Assembly (NCBI GenBank): GCA_951406725.2
Contig: OX597817.1
Coordinates: forward strand, 28,086,001 to 28,150,000
Source: Octopus vulgaris
Lineage: Eukaryota
Reading direction: 5' to 3'
Length of the DNA stretch: 64,000 nucleotides
The translations under genes and the position numbers were made by a program. Numbering within the stretch: the stretch's first letter is position 1; each line of letters starts with the position of its first letter. Positions 26,741 to 38,808 of this stretch are shown here, in pieces. The notes under the pieces are model-generated. The model searched no databases, was not told the origin of the DNA, and worked only from the letters and a program-made list of their open reading frames with translations.

Positions 26741-27741
26741 GCTTTTATAGTTTTAATTAAAAACTAAGCTGGTATGAACTTTGCCTTTCATCTTTCTGTT
26801 GATAAAATAAAACAGAGATTAGTACCAGATAGCAGAATCTATTTAATCGATACGTCAAAATTTGTGAACTTAGTTTGTAAAAAATCAGGAAATTCCTCTT
26901 CTTCGTCGTAATTGTTTATCATTTTCCTTTTCCCTATGTGTTTACTTCTCGCTAATAACCCCCAAAATTCGTAACTCCTCGAAATCCTCTACGTGGTCTT
27001 TCAATCTAGTCGAAATCAATCACTCGATTGTTTTAACATGACTTTTTATAAACTATCACAAACACGAAATTCCCTTTGCATTTATGTTCTTTCAGGCTCA
27101 TTCTCACTATATATCACACTGGGCAAGTAAGCTTTATCATAGCAGCTTGTATGTAAGCCGTTGGATGGATTGTTCCTATTCTTGTGTTGTAGATTTAATT
27201 TATCGATCGGTCTAAACTTTCCCTGCTGGTCTTTAGGTATCTTTAGTTCCCTTTATTGCAAATACTCGAGCCAAGTATCTGAGAGCATCCTCCCTTCCTA
27301 CAATCACTCTCAGTGGCCTTAAAAAAAGATCTTGCCATTGCCGCCCTTCCTACTCTGACAAAGTCATACAAATGAAAACGCAGGCAGTAGTAAATTGCTG
27401 ATTAGAAGACATTCTGTGTCCTAGAGATGACCATTGAAAAATTTAAGCTATAAATTAATAAGGAAATTTCATTTGAGCCGAATCTGAATCGAATTGATAT
27501 AGTCCTGTAGTCACAGTTTCCTATTCATGCTATTTTGTAAAATCTAATAAAAATATTTGGAATTAAGTATTAGGATTAGATAAAACAAGCTGATGTTTTG
27601 CGGTTCAAAAATTGTATGACTTCGGAAATATCGAATTTGTATTAGTCATAGCAAAAAGTCAAAATCGCACCATTTCAGAGTAATGGTAAAGCAAATAAAC
27701 AAATAATTAAAAGAAAACTATTTTACTACAGAAGTTCTCTG

Positions 27742-27821
27742 TGTGTGAGGCCGAGTGGTTAAGGCAATGAACACCTAATAAGTTGTGGTTTCCTCGCGTA
27801 AGTTCGAATCTCAGCCTAGTC
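27742..27821 (+). pseudogene. tRNA-Ser-like relic
   Basis: GGCCGAGTGGTTAAGGCAATG..long variable arm..CGCGTAAGTTCGAATCTC resembles eukaryotic tRNA-Ser(GCT). Acceptor and anticodon stems are broken. Confidence 0.65.
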
Positions 27822-27834
27822 TAGGAATTTCTAA

Positions 27835-28145
27835 CCGCAGGTGCGCCTGAGTGGTAAGAATTTTACTTCCCGACCACGCGGTTTCTGGTTCAGTTCCACT
27901 GCGTGTCACCTTGGGTAGCTGTCTTCTATATTCAAAGGCTGCCCAAAGCATTGTCAATGGATTTGGTAGAGGGAACTTGACTGCGCCACCGCTTGACAAC
28001 CAATATTGGAATGTTTACGTTCCCGTAACTTAGTGGTTCGACAAAACAACCGATAAAATAAATACTTTAGTCGATTTCTTCGACTAAAGTCCTTTGAGGC
28101 TGTACCTTAGCATGGCCGAGGCTCAGTGGGAAAAACAAGTGAAAG
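27835..28145 (+). mobile_element. SINE family A, older degenerate copy lacking the internal microsatellite
   Basis: Colinear with the 4560 copy except for the middle section. Confidence 0.8.
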
Positions 28146-28193
28146 ATCACTTTAGGGCTAAATTGTTTATATAATGAATCGAAATTATATATA

Positions 28194-28353
28194 CAGGAGT
28201 AGCTGTGTGGGAAGTAGCTTGCTTACCAACCACAAGGTTCCGGGTTCAGTCCCACTACGAGGCACCTTGGGCAAGTATCTTCTACTATAGCCTCGGGCTG
28301 AGCAAAGCCTTGTGAGTGGATTTCATAGACGGAACCTGAAAGAAGCCTGTCGT

Positions 28354-28423
<70 letters not shown>

Positions 28424-28625
28424 GTTTGTGTATCTGTGATTGTCCCTCCACCATCGCTTGACAACCGATGCTGGTAGGTTTACATCCCCGTAACTTATCG
28501 GTTCGGTAAAAGAGACCGATAGAATAAGTACTAGGCTTACAAAGAATAGGTCCTAGGGTCGATTTCATCGACTAAAAGGTGGTGCTCCAGTATGACCGCC
28601 GTCAAATGTTTGAAATAAATAAAAG

Positions 28626-28627
<2 letters not shown>
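28194..28627 (+). mobile_element. SINE family A with internal (TAGA)n
   Basis: Colinear with the other A copies. Confidence 0.9.
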
Positions 28628-28662
<35 letters not shown>

Positions 28663-28740
28663 GGAGTAAACACATAAATGTGAAACAAGGTGGAAAAAAG
28701 AGTACTCAAATACCAGTGGTAGAGTAATATGCTTTATAAA

Positions 28741-28776
<36 letters not shown>

Positions 28777-28972
28777 CCTACGTTTACACACACACATATA
28801 TATATTCACTAAGTATATACGTTTTCTTTTGTTTCTAATTATTTGAAATCTTCCTTCTGTTTGATTCTCGAACAGATATTCACATCAGTAGGGCAACTGA
28901 CTTCCCTGACGGCACATACTTTTCTTGTCTCTCCCAAACAACAGTATTTAGGTAAGTAGGTAGATATATGTA

Positions 28973-29070
<98 letters not shown>
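28628..29070. repeat. (TA)n/(TG)n tracts with a short non-microsatellite insert at 28660-28740
   Basis: Direct reading. Confidence 0.9.
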
Positions 29071-30917
29071 ATATTATGTATATTCAAAATTATAACTCAC
29101 ACACACATACATCTATTATTTATATACGTATTAGATATATAATTTAAACACACAAATATATACATAAATATATACATATACACATTGACATTAAATATCT
29201 ATTTACACTCTAAAAAAACCTTATCTCTCAACGAAGCTGATTCACTTGCTAAGATTCCGTTCGGTGTTTTTGATAAACTAAGAAGGTGTAAATGCACCAG
29301 AGACAGTAATGACACCTATCTTCTTTCATTCATTCATTCTTTCTTTCTTTTTTTAACCGTCTTCCTATTATTCCACTTCATGAAGCAGTAAGAGTAATAT
29401 GTTTATCTTCCTTGGCTTAACTCCAAGAAAGGTTGAGATCTATTAAGATCGATTTCAAACGCCATCGATTAACTATTTTCGTCCCAAGGGACATCAATTA
29501 AGTAATTGATTCGTACCGGAAGTAAACTGAATAAACATTTAAATAATCTGTCTTGCGATACACATAACATTAAACACATAATTAAAAGCGATAATTCAAT
29601 AGAAACGGTATGAATCTTGTTTCCCATTGGGTTATATGGAAACCAATGAAGCCTACGTATTCCTGCAGGGAATCTAAGACAAATAAGTGTTATATGTACC
29701 CCATCTCTCCAAGCAGTAGATAGGAACATTTGAGCACAGTTCTGTAGGTTGTTAAAATGTTCGTTTGTTTTACAATGTTGCCAATAACCGGCTGACGTCA
29801 TTTGTGGCTGTATGAAGAGGGCTATTTTGAAAGTTAAGTGTACTTGCTACGAACACAACGTAATGATGGCAGCGGGATTTCAACACTTAATGTCTCTGAT
29901 AATTGGTTGACTTCTGTTCCATTGCATCGGCTGGTGACCAACGCCCTGGATACGGAATAATCATGTGACTCGTCTCAGATTGTTGGACTAGTACTGAAAG
30001 TTTCGTATTCATGAGTGATTTAAATTTTTAGCATAAATCCTTTAAAATGTTTCGGCCCGAAAGCTGCGGCAATGCTGGGGCACCACCGTTGGAAATGATG
30101 TGATGAACACCCTTAATTGATTTTTTAACCTTATTGGGCTCTCATCAGAGGTGTCTAAATCATTCTGACAGTATATTAAGTAAAGTAAAAAAGATGAACT
30201 TTCATTACCGACCTAGCATATTATCGCTATTTCATAGTGTTTGCACAGATATTAATACACAAAAACAAATTGCAGAGACTTCTCTGTCATCGCTCGATCT
30301 GCTAGAAATAGGTGCCAAATTTTCCTCAAACGATACCCTGCCAACTTTCACAAAACGGCAAACATTGTACTTTTCAATATACTACGCCAGAAAAAAAACA
30401 ACAGTAAAAAAACAGAAAATAAGCGTGAGAGAGATAACCGAAGGCCGAAGTTGGAGAACCTTGTCTGCTTCAGTCAGAGCTGATTTGGGACTAATCAACA
30501 ACAGCAAAATCAAGTGAAATATAAGCATGAAGATAAATAGTTCTGAATACAAAACAATAAACGCGACGCTGATAAATGGTGTAAATCGCCCAATATATTG
30601 CATTCTGTCCTCTACTGATTTCCAAATTACCTTGGAACTCCATAGTTTCTCACAAATAGTATCATTGCAAAATCTGTGTCATGTTATTATGTCTTGCTTA
30701 TACTATCATATGATGGCCTGCAATTATTTACAATCGGTAACTCGTGCACCAAGCGATACGAAACAATTGTTTCTCCTTCAAATATATTTAATTACATTTC
30801 TTACAGTATCACCATTGTGTTACGTTTTATAAAATATTTACACAAAGTAACAATAGAACAACATGAACGAAATTTAAATTAAAATCCCAAAACTTTCAAC
30901 ACCAATGCATCCAAATG

Positions 30918-31000
<83 letters not shown>

Positions 31001-31009
31001 TATACACAC

Positions 31010-31056
<47 letters not shown>

Positions 31057-31059
31057 TAT

Positions 31060-31117
<58 letters not shown>
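30918..31117. repeat. (TA)n/(CA)n compound microsatellite with ~56-bp higher-order period
   Basis: TATAAGTATACACACA junction recurs. Confidence 0.9.
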
Positions 31118-31120
<3 letters not shown>

Positions 31121-31699
31121 CTTCCGTGTTCATATTTAAAGAAACTTGAGTGTTAGCTCAACCGCCCACATAATCTTGAACTATCTGCTGACCCATTTCC
31201 AAAATTATATTGTTATTTTCTTAAATGTTCTCTAAAATTTACGTGCGTTCTCATTATCTAATGATAGTACTTTCAATATTTTCCATTGTTAGCCTCAGCT
31301 TGCTTCTTCATTCACGCGACACGACAGCTGTATCTTCACATACACTAAGAGCGCCGAACAACCTATACTAAATAACTGTTTTACTCAGATACGAGGAATA
31401 TCATTTGGACATGTGAGAACTGACCATGAAGCGCGCGAATGTGTGTGCGTGGGTTGGGCTCAATAAGTATTAATTTACAGGCGTGTTAAAAGTGTTTCGT
31501 TTCGTTGCTGTCTACTGCACTGTAGAATACTTGTAGCCATCACTGCCTGTTAGAACAGGTGTAAGCATTACGTCTGTACATTGTGGATTCGGAGAGAGAA
31601 AAGAAGGAAGTGGTGAAGAGTTGTATGTATGTCTGTCTATGTATGTATACACTTACATACATATTTCATACATATATACATACATACATACATACAATA

Positions 31700-32098
31700 T
31701 AGGCGTAGGAGTGGCTGTGTGGTAAGTAGCTTGTTTACCAGCCACATGGTTCCGGGTTCAGTCCCACTGCGTGGCACCTTGGGCAAGTGTCTTCTACTAT
31801 AGCCTCGGGCCGACCAAAGCCTTGTGAGTGGATTTGGTAGACGGAAACTGAAAGAAGCCCGTCGTAATTATGTATATATATGTATGTGCGTATATGTTTG
31901 TGTGTCTGTGTTTGTCCCCCTAGCATTGCTTGACAACCGATGCTAGTGTGTTTACGTCGCCGTCACTTAGCGGTTCGGCAAAAGACACCGATAGAATAAG
32001 TACTGGGCTTACAAAGAATAAGTCCTGGGGTCGAGTTGCTCGACTAAAGGCGGTGCTCCAGCATGGCCGCAGTCAAATGACTGAAACAAGTAAAGAGT
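31700..32098 (+). mobile_element. SINE family A, well-preserved copy
   Basis: TAGGCGTAGGAGTGGCTGTGTGGTAAG..GGTTCAGTCCC..GACTGAAACAAGTAAAGAG. Confidence 0.92.
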
Positions 32099-32323
32099 AT
32101 ACATACATATTTCACTCTTTCTTACTCCTTTACTAGTCCTGACTCGAATACTGTGGCCGGTCAGGCTGGAGCACCATAACTGGAACTGCTAAAAGAGTAC
32201 AACGATACATATGTGCATATTTAAAAACTTGCATGTATAAATATATATGTGTGTGTCTATGTGTGTCTGTATATATGTATATATGTGTGTATATCTTTAT
32301 ATGTATTTGTATTATGTATATTA

Positions 32324-32711
32324 TCTATATCTCTCTCTATATAAACGGCAGTTTGTCTGTGCGTGTTTCTGTGTGTCTGTTTGCTTGTACCCTCACCCTG
32401 ACCACGGCTCTCAACCGATTCTGATGAAACTTGACACACACATAGCCCAATGTCATAATTCAAAACTAACGCAGCGAAAATTTTGAAAAGTTCCCCCAGT
32501 TCTGAAAAAAATCGATAAATTCGACATGGGGTCGAGAATCAGAAACACAAACCGCAAACTGTCTAGGGGACGCAACTCCACCTTTTTTAACTAAAAAAAA
32601 AATTACCATAATTTTTTTCCATTTTTTTGCTATTTTTTGGCTATAACTCTCTAAAAATGCTTTATAGTTATTTCCCTTACAAACCTGAGCAACGCCGGGC
32701 GATACTGCTAG
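32324..32711 (+). mobile_element. Non-autonomous Helitron
   Basis: A|TC 5' end, GTCTGT repeats near the 5' end, subterminal hairpin CCTGAGCAACGCCGGG, 3' CTAG|T end, no TSD. Confidence 0.8.
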
Positions 32712-33479
32712 TCATATATATATTTCAATACACACATGCGTGTATGCATACACATACATACATATATACATACACATGCATACATACATACATACATACA
32801 TACATACACATACACATACACTCACACATACATACACGCACACATACATACATACATACATACATACATACATACATACATACATACATACATACATACA
32901 TACATACATACCTGCATCAGGATCAAATCATTTTTAATTATAATTTCGCTGCACTTCGTCTTTGTCATCCTGGGAATCAACTTCCCCGTTGCGCTAGTGA
33001 ATATACCATTATTCAGTACAGGTAAAATAAATTAAGTGTTCGTACCATTGTCCATTTGAACTATCTTCTCCACATCTTAATCGCTTCTGTTGTTAAAGAA
33101 CCAAAAATCATTTGATAATTTTGACAAAGTTTATATATAGCGTCTAACACCATAAATACAATAAATACAAAAGCCAATATGAGTAATTCGCATTCTTGTT
33201 GAAAATTTCCGTGTTTGGAAATAAATTGAGTTAATGTTCGTTCTATTAATACTGCATCTGTAAAGATTTGATAAATCTAACACAATAGTGAGAATATGAA
33301 GTATGTACTTGAGTATATATAGACTGAAAATGATTGCTTCCTATCGCTCTCTATCATGTATGACCGATCGTTAAAAACATTACTAGCAATCACACAGTTG
33401 CTATGTAACTGAAAAACTGAACTTGAGGCAACTGTATAATAACTACAAAGTTATCACCTTTACTTGGTCAAAGTGTTTA

Positions 33480-34460
33480 GTGTAAGAACGAAAGGTCAGG
33501 TAGTTGAGGAAAGAAAAGGAAAAAGAAAAGAGATGGAGACATCCAAAACCTGGAAGACTGAAAGCAATGAAATAGTAGTTTAAAAGAAATAATTGTCAAT
33601 AGGGTGGCTGCAGAAAAAGTCTGTGGGAGAAATAGTTTCTGTGAAACAACGTTTCCGTTATTTTGAGGTTTGAATGTGTCTTAGTCAGTTGAATGGGCTT
33701 CAGTGTTCCGTATGATTAGGTGCACATCCTACTGGGGAGGCGTGGGAATATTTTGGTGGGACATCATTTACTTCAGATAGATGTAAGTAAGTGACATGTG
33801 AATAAAACTGGCAATAAAGTTTATATAAAACGGCTTTTGAATGTTGGTTGAAGTAAGTGAAACAAATGGATTGGAGGTAATTTGCTTTCCTGTAAAGATA
33901 GGTGTTAGAAATGTTGGAAGCAAGGTTCGCTCGATGCTCAGGTATTTTAAACAACCTGCGAAGGAGCGGAAAGATGTTGCCAGAAACCGTTGAGAAAATG
34001 AGCCATTACATCAAGCTCGAGAGTGAGGATGAGTGGCGCAGCAAGGACGAGCATTAAGGATGGTAGAAACGTTTGACCCAGAGTGCAGCATCTGACTCGA
34101 GAAAGATCGTGCTGCTGTGCGGCTGTTTTTTTCGCCTACATCGGTAAATGGTCCTGGGCAGCTCTGGTGTTCCTAGTGAAACATAAACGCCTACATTCGG
34201 AGACAGAGTGCCGCAGCACTCTCAGCACACGTGTTTATCCTAAATGCTACATAACGACTTCATCTGTTGATGTAAGAGCTCACGTTGTTTTGGGGAAAAT
34301 CGATGTAGGTCGTAAGAAAAATAGTTTAGAAACATTACTGTAGTTTGCTATTTTGGCATGTGATTTGGATGTAACCTATACAGTGTATTATCTAATGATC
34401 AAATCTGAAGTATTTCCGGCCCTGAAGAGAAAAACCAATTTTTGAGAACGTAGGTTTGTA
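33480..34460. mobile_element. Old purine-skewed repeat, possibly a Penelope 5'/pLTR relic
   Basis: Composition differs from the flanks. Degenerate hammerhead-like GGCC-CTGAAGA-GAAAA..TTTTT-GAGAACGTA-GGTT at ~34418-34457. No clear protein motif. Confidence 0.3.
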
Positions 34461-34737
34461 AATCTAAGATTATGAGCTCAGAGTTTTCAGTTCATAATGC
34501 AACGTTAATTCGATTTTATTTTGATAGTTTCGTTTCCATTTATTGTATTAATTTTAGCTAATTTACATTTAAATGAAGTAGGTTAAAATATTCAGTTAAA
34601 TTTCAGCTAAAATTATACATCCTTATCATGAATTTACATTTTACAATTACTATAGTTCAAACTCGTCCCCAGCACACCGGGGAGCGAGTTTGAAGATGTT
34701 ATGGTGTGACTTGATCTGAGATCGTGTGCTGAAACAA

Positions 34738-35036
34738 AAACAATTGCAGCGTTGAAGATGTTTCTAAACCATTTTTTAAAAAAACACACAAAAACCGTTA
34801 GATTCACTTCAACATTTAAATTTAATGTGTCAAAATATCTTCATCGCTTTCAAACCGCGACCTGTTCACTGACAAAATTTCGATACAGCACGAATTTTTG
34901 TCATTGAACAGGTCGCAGTTTCAAAGCGACGAAAATATTTTGACACAAATTAAATTTAAATGTTGAAGTGAATCTAACGGTTTTTGCGTTTTTTTTTTTA
35001 AATGGCTTATAAAAGCCTTCCACGCTGCAATTGTTT
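34738..35036. repeat. ~300-bp palindrome containing two inverted minimal hammerhead-like motifs
   Basis: Arms 34738-34882 and 34891-35036 are reverse complements around an 8-nt loop. An extra hairpin lies at 34656-34694, and (TA)n follows. Confidence 0.9.
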
Positions 35037-35049
35037 ATAGTTATATAGT

Positions 35050-35102
<53 letters not shown>

Positions 35103-35164
35103 CTGTTTGTTGTTTATACACCCGTCTTTTTTTGTGATTTTTTGTAAATTCTCACTATATGTAT

Positions 35165-35679
35165 AGAAGACGTCGTTAGATATTTCGTCCTGTTTATTAT
35201 GTGGACATGTGAGCGTGTTGGTGTGTGTATGTGTGTATCTGTGTACTCATATGCAATATCAAATGTGCGTTTGTCCTTCAGTGGCTGTGTGGTATGTAAG
35301 TTGCTTACGAACCACATGGTTCCGGGTTCAGTCCCACTACGTGGCACTTTGGGCAAGTGTCTTGTACTGTAGCCTCGGGCGGACCAAAGCCTTGTGAGTG
35401 AATTTGGTAGACGAAAACTGAAAGAAGGCCCGTCATATATATGTATGTATGTATGTATATGTGTCTGTGTTTGTCCCCCCTCCCCCCCCAACATTCCTTA
35501 ACAACTGATGCCGGTGTGTTTAAGTCCCCGTAACTTAGCGGTTCGGCAAAAAGAGAACGATAGAATAAGTACTAGGCTTACAAAAATAAGTCCTGGGGTC
35601 GATTTGCTCGACTAAAGGTGCTGCTCCAGCATGGCCGCAGTCAAATGACTGAAACAAGTAAAAGAGTAAAAGAGCGAGT

Positions 35680-35751
<72 letters not shown>

Positions 35752-36135
35752 GTCTTATATGTATGACTATGTGCATGATTGGTTTGTACAAGCATGCATT
35801 TAAGCATGTGAATAATGGATTCACAGATGCGAATTTCTGTGTTCCAACAATACGTCAACGCTCGCTCATATTTTAGCATAGATGGAACAATAAGCCATAA
35901 ATACAAATACGTAGAGACTCTCATATATACTTCAATAGTACATGGAACAACATAAACAAATAGATTCATTGTTAATTAACAACGCCGGCTTTATTAATGT
36001 TTATACACACTGAAGGACAAACGCGCATCTGATATTGCATATACGTAGACAGATACACACATTCACACACACATACACACTAACACGCTCACATGTCCAC
36101 ATAATAAACGGGACGAAATATGTAATGACATGTCT
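35165..36135. mobile_element. Fold-back/MITE with ~115-bp inverted repeats, interrupted by SINE A
   Basis: ATATTTCGTCCTGTTTATTATGTGGACATGTGAGCGTGTT..CGTTTGTCCTTCAGTG (35180-35283) is the reverse complement of ~36008-36121. Confidence 0.75.
35280..35680 (+). mobile_element. SINE family A
   Basis: Colinear with the other A copies. Confidence 0.9.
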
Positions 36136-36371
36136 TCTTCCACTTTGTTCCATCAACTGCTTGACTAATTATTCACGCCGACATATTATTGCATGTCACA
36201 AAGATTCTGTGAAGCCTATGGCAGACGTTTTCTCAGTTTTAATACCGTGCGGATTGTTTGAAGAGGGAAATTGCAGAGCGTCACGAAATCTCTGCAAATG
36301 AAAATGCCCCAGCGAGAAATCGGTTCCTTTATCCTCTTTCTCTTTGTGATTCTCACTTTCTCTCTCTTTCT

Positions 36372-36419
<48 letters not shown>

Positions 36420-37689
36420 CACACACTTTCCTTTCTCTCTTTCGCTCTCTTTTGTTTATATTTCTTTCTTTCTTTCTTTCATTCATTATTTGATGATGAC
36501 GATTAAATCGACGGCGTTGAAGATGAGCGAAACCAACAACGTTGATTCGTAAACTAAGAGTTATGCATAGAGGTGGTGATGGCGTAGATGTTGTAGCCGT
36601 TAATGTTGTTATTGTTGTTGTTGATTGTTGTTTGTTGTTGTGGTTGTGTTGGTATTCGAATTATTGTCTAGCTGATTGATGGTCGGGTTTGGGATTATGG
36701 TAATAGTACATTGAGGAAAACAGAATAGAAAGTGAGAGAAGGGGAGGGAGGAAGGAAGGAAAGAAAAAAGGAAGAAAGAAAGAAAAGAAGGAAGGAAGGA
36801 GGATTATGAAAAGATAGGAGGAAAATATGAAGGGAAAGTGAAAAGAAAATATATATATCAGAAGAGACAAAATCAGGAAAAGATAAATACAAATAACGAC
36901 AGAAAGAAAGGAAGTGAAAATAAAATTAAAATAAGAATAAGAAAGAAAAGCTGGATAGAGAGAGGGAATGGATTAAAAGCAAAAAGAGAAAAATGAAAAG
37001 GAATAGATGGGGTGAAATAATTAAAAGAAGAAGCGAATGGGAGAAAGAGAAACGTAAAGAAACGTTAAAAATTTATGGAAGAATAGAAAGAGGGGAAATA
37101 TGAACAGAAGAATATATACGAAGTGAAAGAGAGAGAGAAAGAGAGTAAAAAACAACACAGAGACATGTAAGAAAGAAATAAAATAAATAGTCTGCATTTA
37201 TGCACGCATATCTGCAGTAAAACTGGCAGACAAGCGAGCAGAAAGGCGGGCTTAAGGTGGTGAGTGCAGTATATCTGATTTAAGCTAGTCCAATGTTTTA
37301 AATCCGATTAGCAATTGCAGAGACAAATCATGTTATCTGTGAGGATTTACTGGAATTAAGCAGCGAAGAAGAGGTCTAGAGAGAATATTCTGAACTGAAG
37401 GCGACAAATATTTGCCGATTTCCTACCAATAAATGTCACAAATTCTCTCTTAAATTAGATCATTGATACTCATTCAAAGATTTGATACGCTTTAAGTATA
37501 AAAATTAGATGCTATAATAATTAGAACTTTCTCTCGTTAGGATATATGACAGCCTTATTCATTAAGAACTGATTGTTCGGTATCTGAGGCTCACGGTCGA
37601 TTTCTATTACAACAATTAAATGGTAGCAGGGAAATCAGTCATTGCTTCTTACATGGGCATAAAAATGAAAGAGTGACTGTGTCTTAGAG

Positions 37690-37845
37690 CTAAAAGTAGC
37701 AACCAAATCTCCCTTTGCCGCCTTAAAAAAGTTACAGTTTACTTTCGATGATGTAGCCCCAATACCCATAAAAGACGGAATGGTCGTGGCTAGAACGCCT
37801 CAGATGATTGGTCTGCTCAATCAAGATTGAGATTAAACAACAACG
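37690..37845 (+). repeat. Old dispersed repeat (likely 3' part of an ancient SINE with AAC tail); relatives near 6640, 10350(-), 10710, 12915(-), 13440 and 44180
   Basis: Shared motifs AAAGTAGCAACCAAATCTCCC, GGAATGGTCGTGGCTAGAA(C/T)GCC, GGTCTGCTCAATCA and TAAACAACAAC. Confidence 0.55.
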
Positions 37846-38399
37846 ATGGTCTGGTCATTTAAACGATTTTAAAGGAAGATTTTGCTGTTTTGGTTTTTTT
37901 CCAAAGTGAAGTTAAACGTTTCCAAATAGGAACTGAAAATAGCTTTAAGATTCTGTTGCACAAAACTTACGTCCTTTAATCTGTTTCCATAGACACGAAG
38001 TTTGATAACTTTACGGGTGAAGAAACAATATCATGTTGCAATGATCAAAATTTATTGAAAGACACACCACAGCACCACAGCCAGTATAGCCAACCGTCAC
38101 TCGCCAGCGAGTATAATTTGATGGGCTGTTTTCGCTAATAGCTTTAAAACACATGTAAGCATGACCAGATATAGATACCTTCTTGGCCCCAACATAGGCA
38201 GCACCAGTATCCGGTCGGTACTCGTGTGAAGAGATCGGGAGCTGCATTAGTATGCGACTGTTACACGTTACAGCTGAGTAGGGTAAAATAATGTGATACG
38301 AGGTATTTTTCTCAGAGGCGCAATCCGCTTCCTAGTCCAGTAACTGAACCCACGAACTTATAATTACGAGCAGACAATATCAATAATATCTGTTCCATT

Positions 38400-38808
38400 C
38401 CCACCACATAACTATTGTCATACAAATTAACTAAATAACGATTAGTTTAATTTGGGGGGGGGGGGGGCACAAAGCCACCAAGTTCGAGGGAGGTACTAAA
38501 TCGAATACCTCGACCTCAGTGCTCGGCTGGTACTTACTTTATCAACCCAGAAAGGAAGAAAGGCAAAGTCGACCCCGGTGAGATTCAAACTCAGAACGTG
38601 AATGCGGACAAAACACCGCCAAGCATTTTGTCCGGCGTGCTAACAATTCTGCAAGCTCGCCACTTTAAACCACATAATTCTTACCTTGAAAATTAACAAC
38701 ATATCTATTAACTTACAAATTAATTACATTATTATTGCTTTACAAATTAACCACATAACTATCGCCTTACAGATTAATCACATAGCTATTGCTATACAAA
38801 TTAACGAC
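38400..38808. repeat. ~27-bp minisatellite interrupted by a degenerate SINE B (38465-38667, minus)
   Basis: Unit TTAACCACATAACTATTGCTTTACAAA is present on both sides of the SINE. Confidence 0.75.

Noticed and set aside
37200-37330. GC box and CCAAT as a promoter (also the CpG-richer stretch at 31310-31600)
   Set aside because: Short motifs are expected by chance and there is no linked exon.
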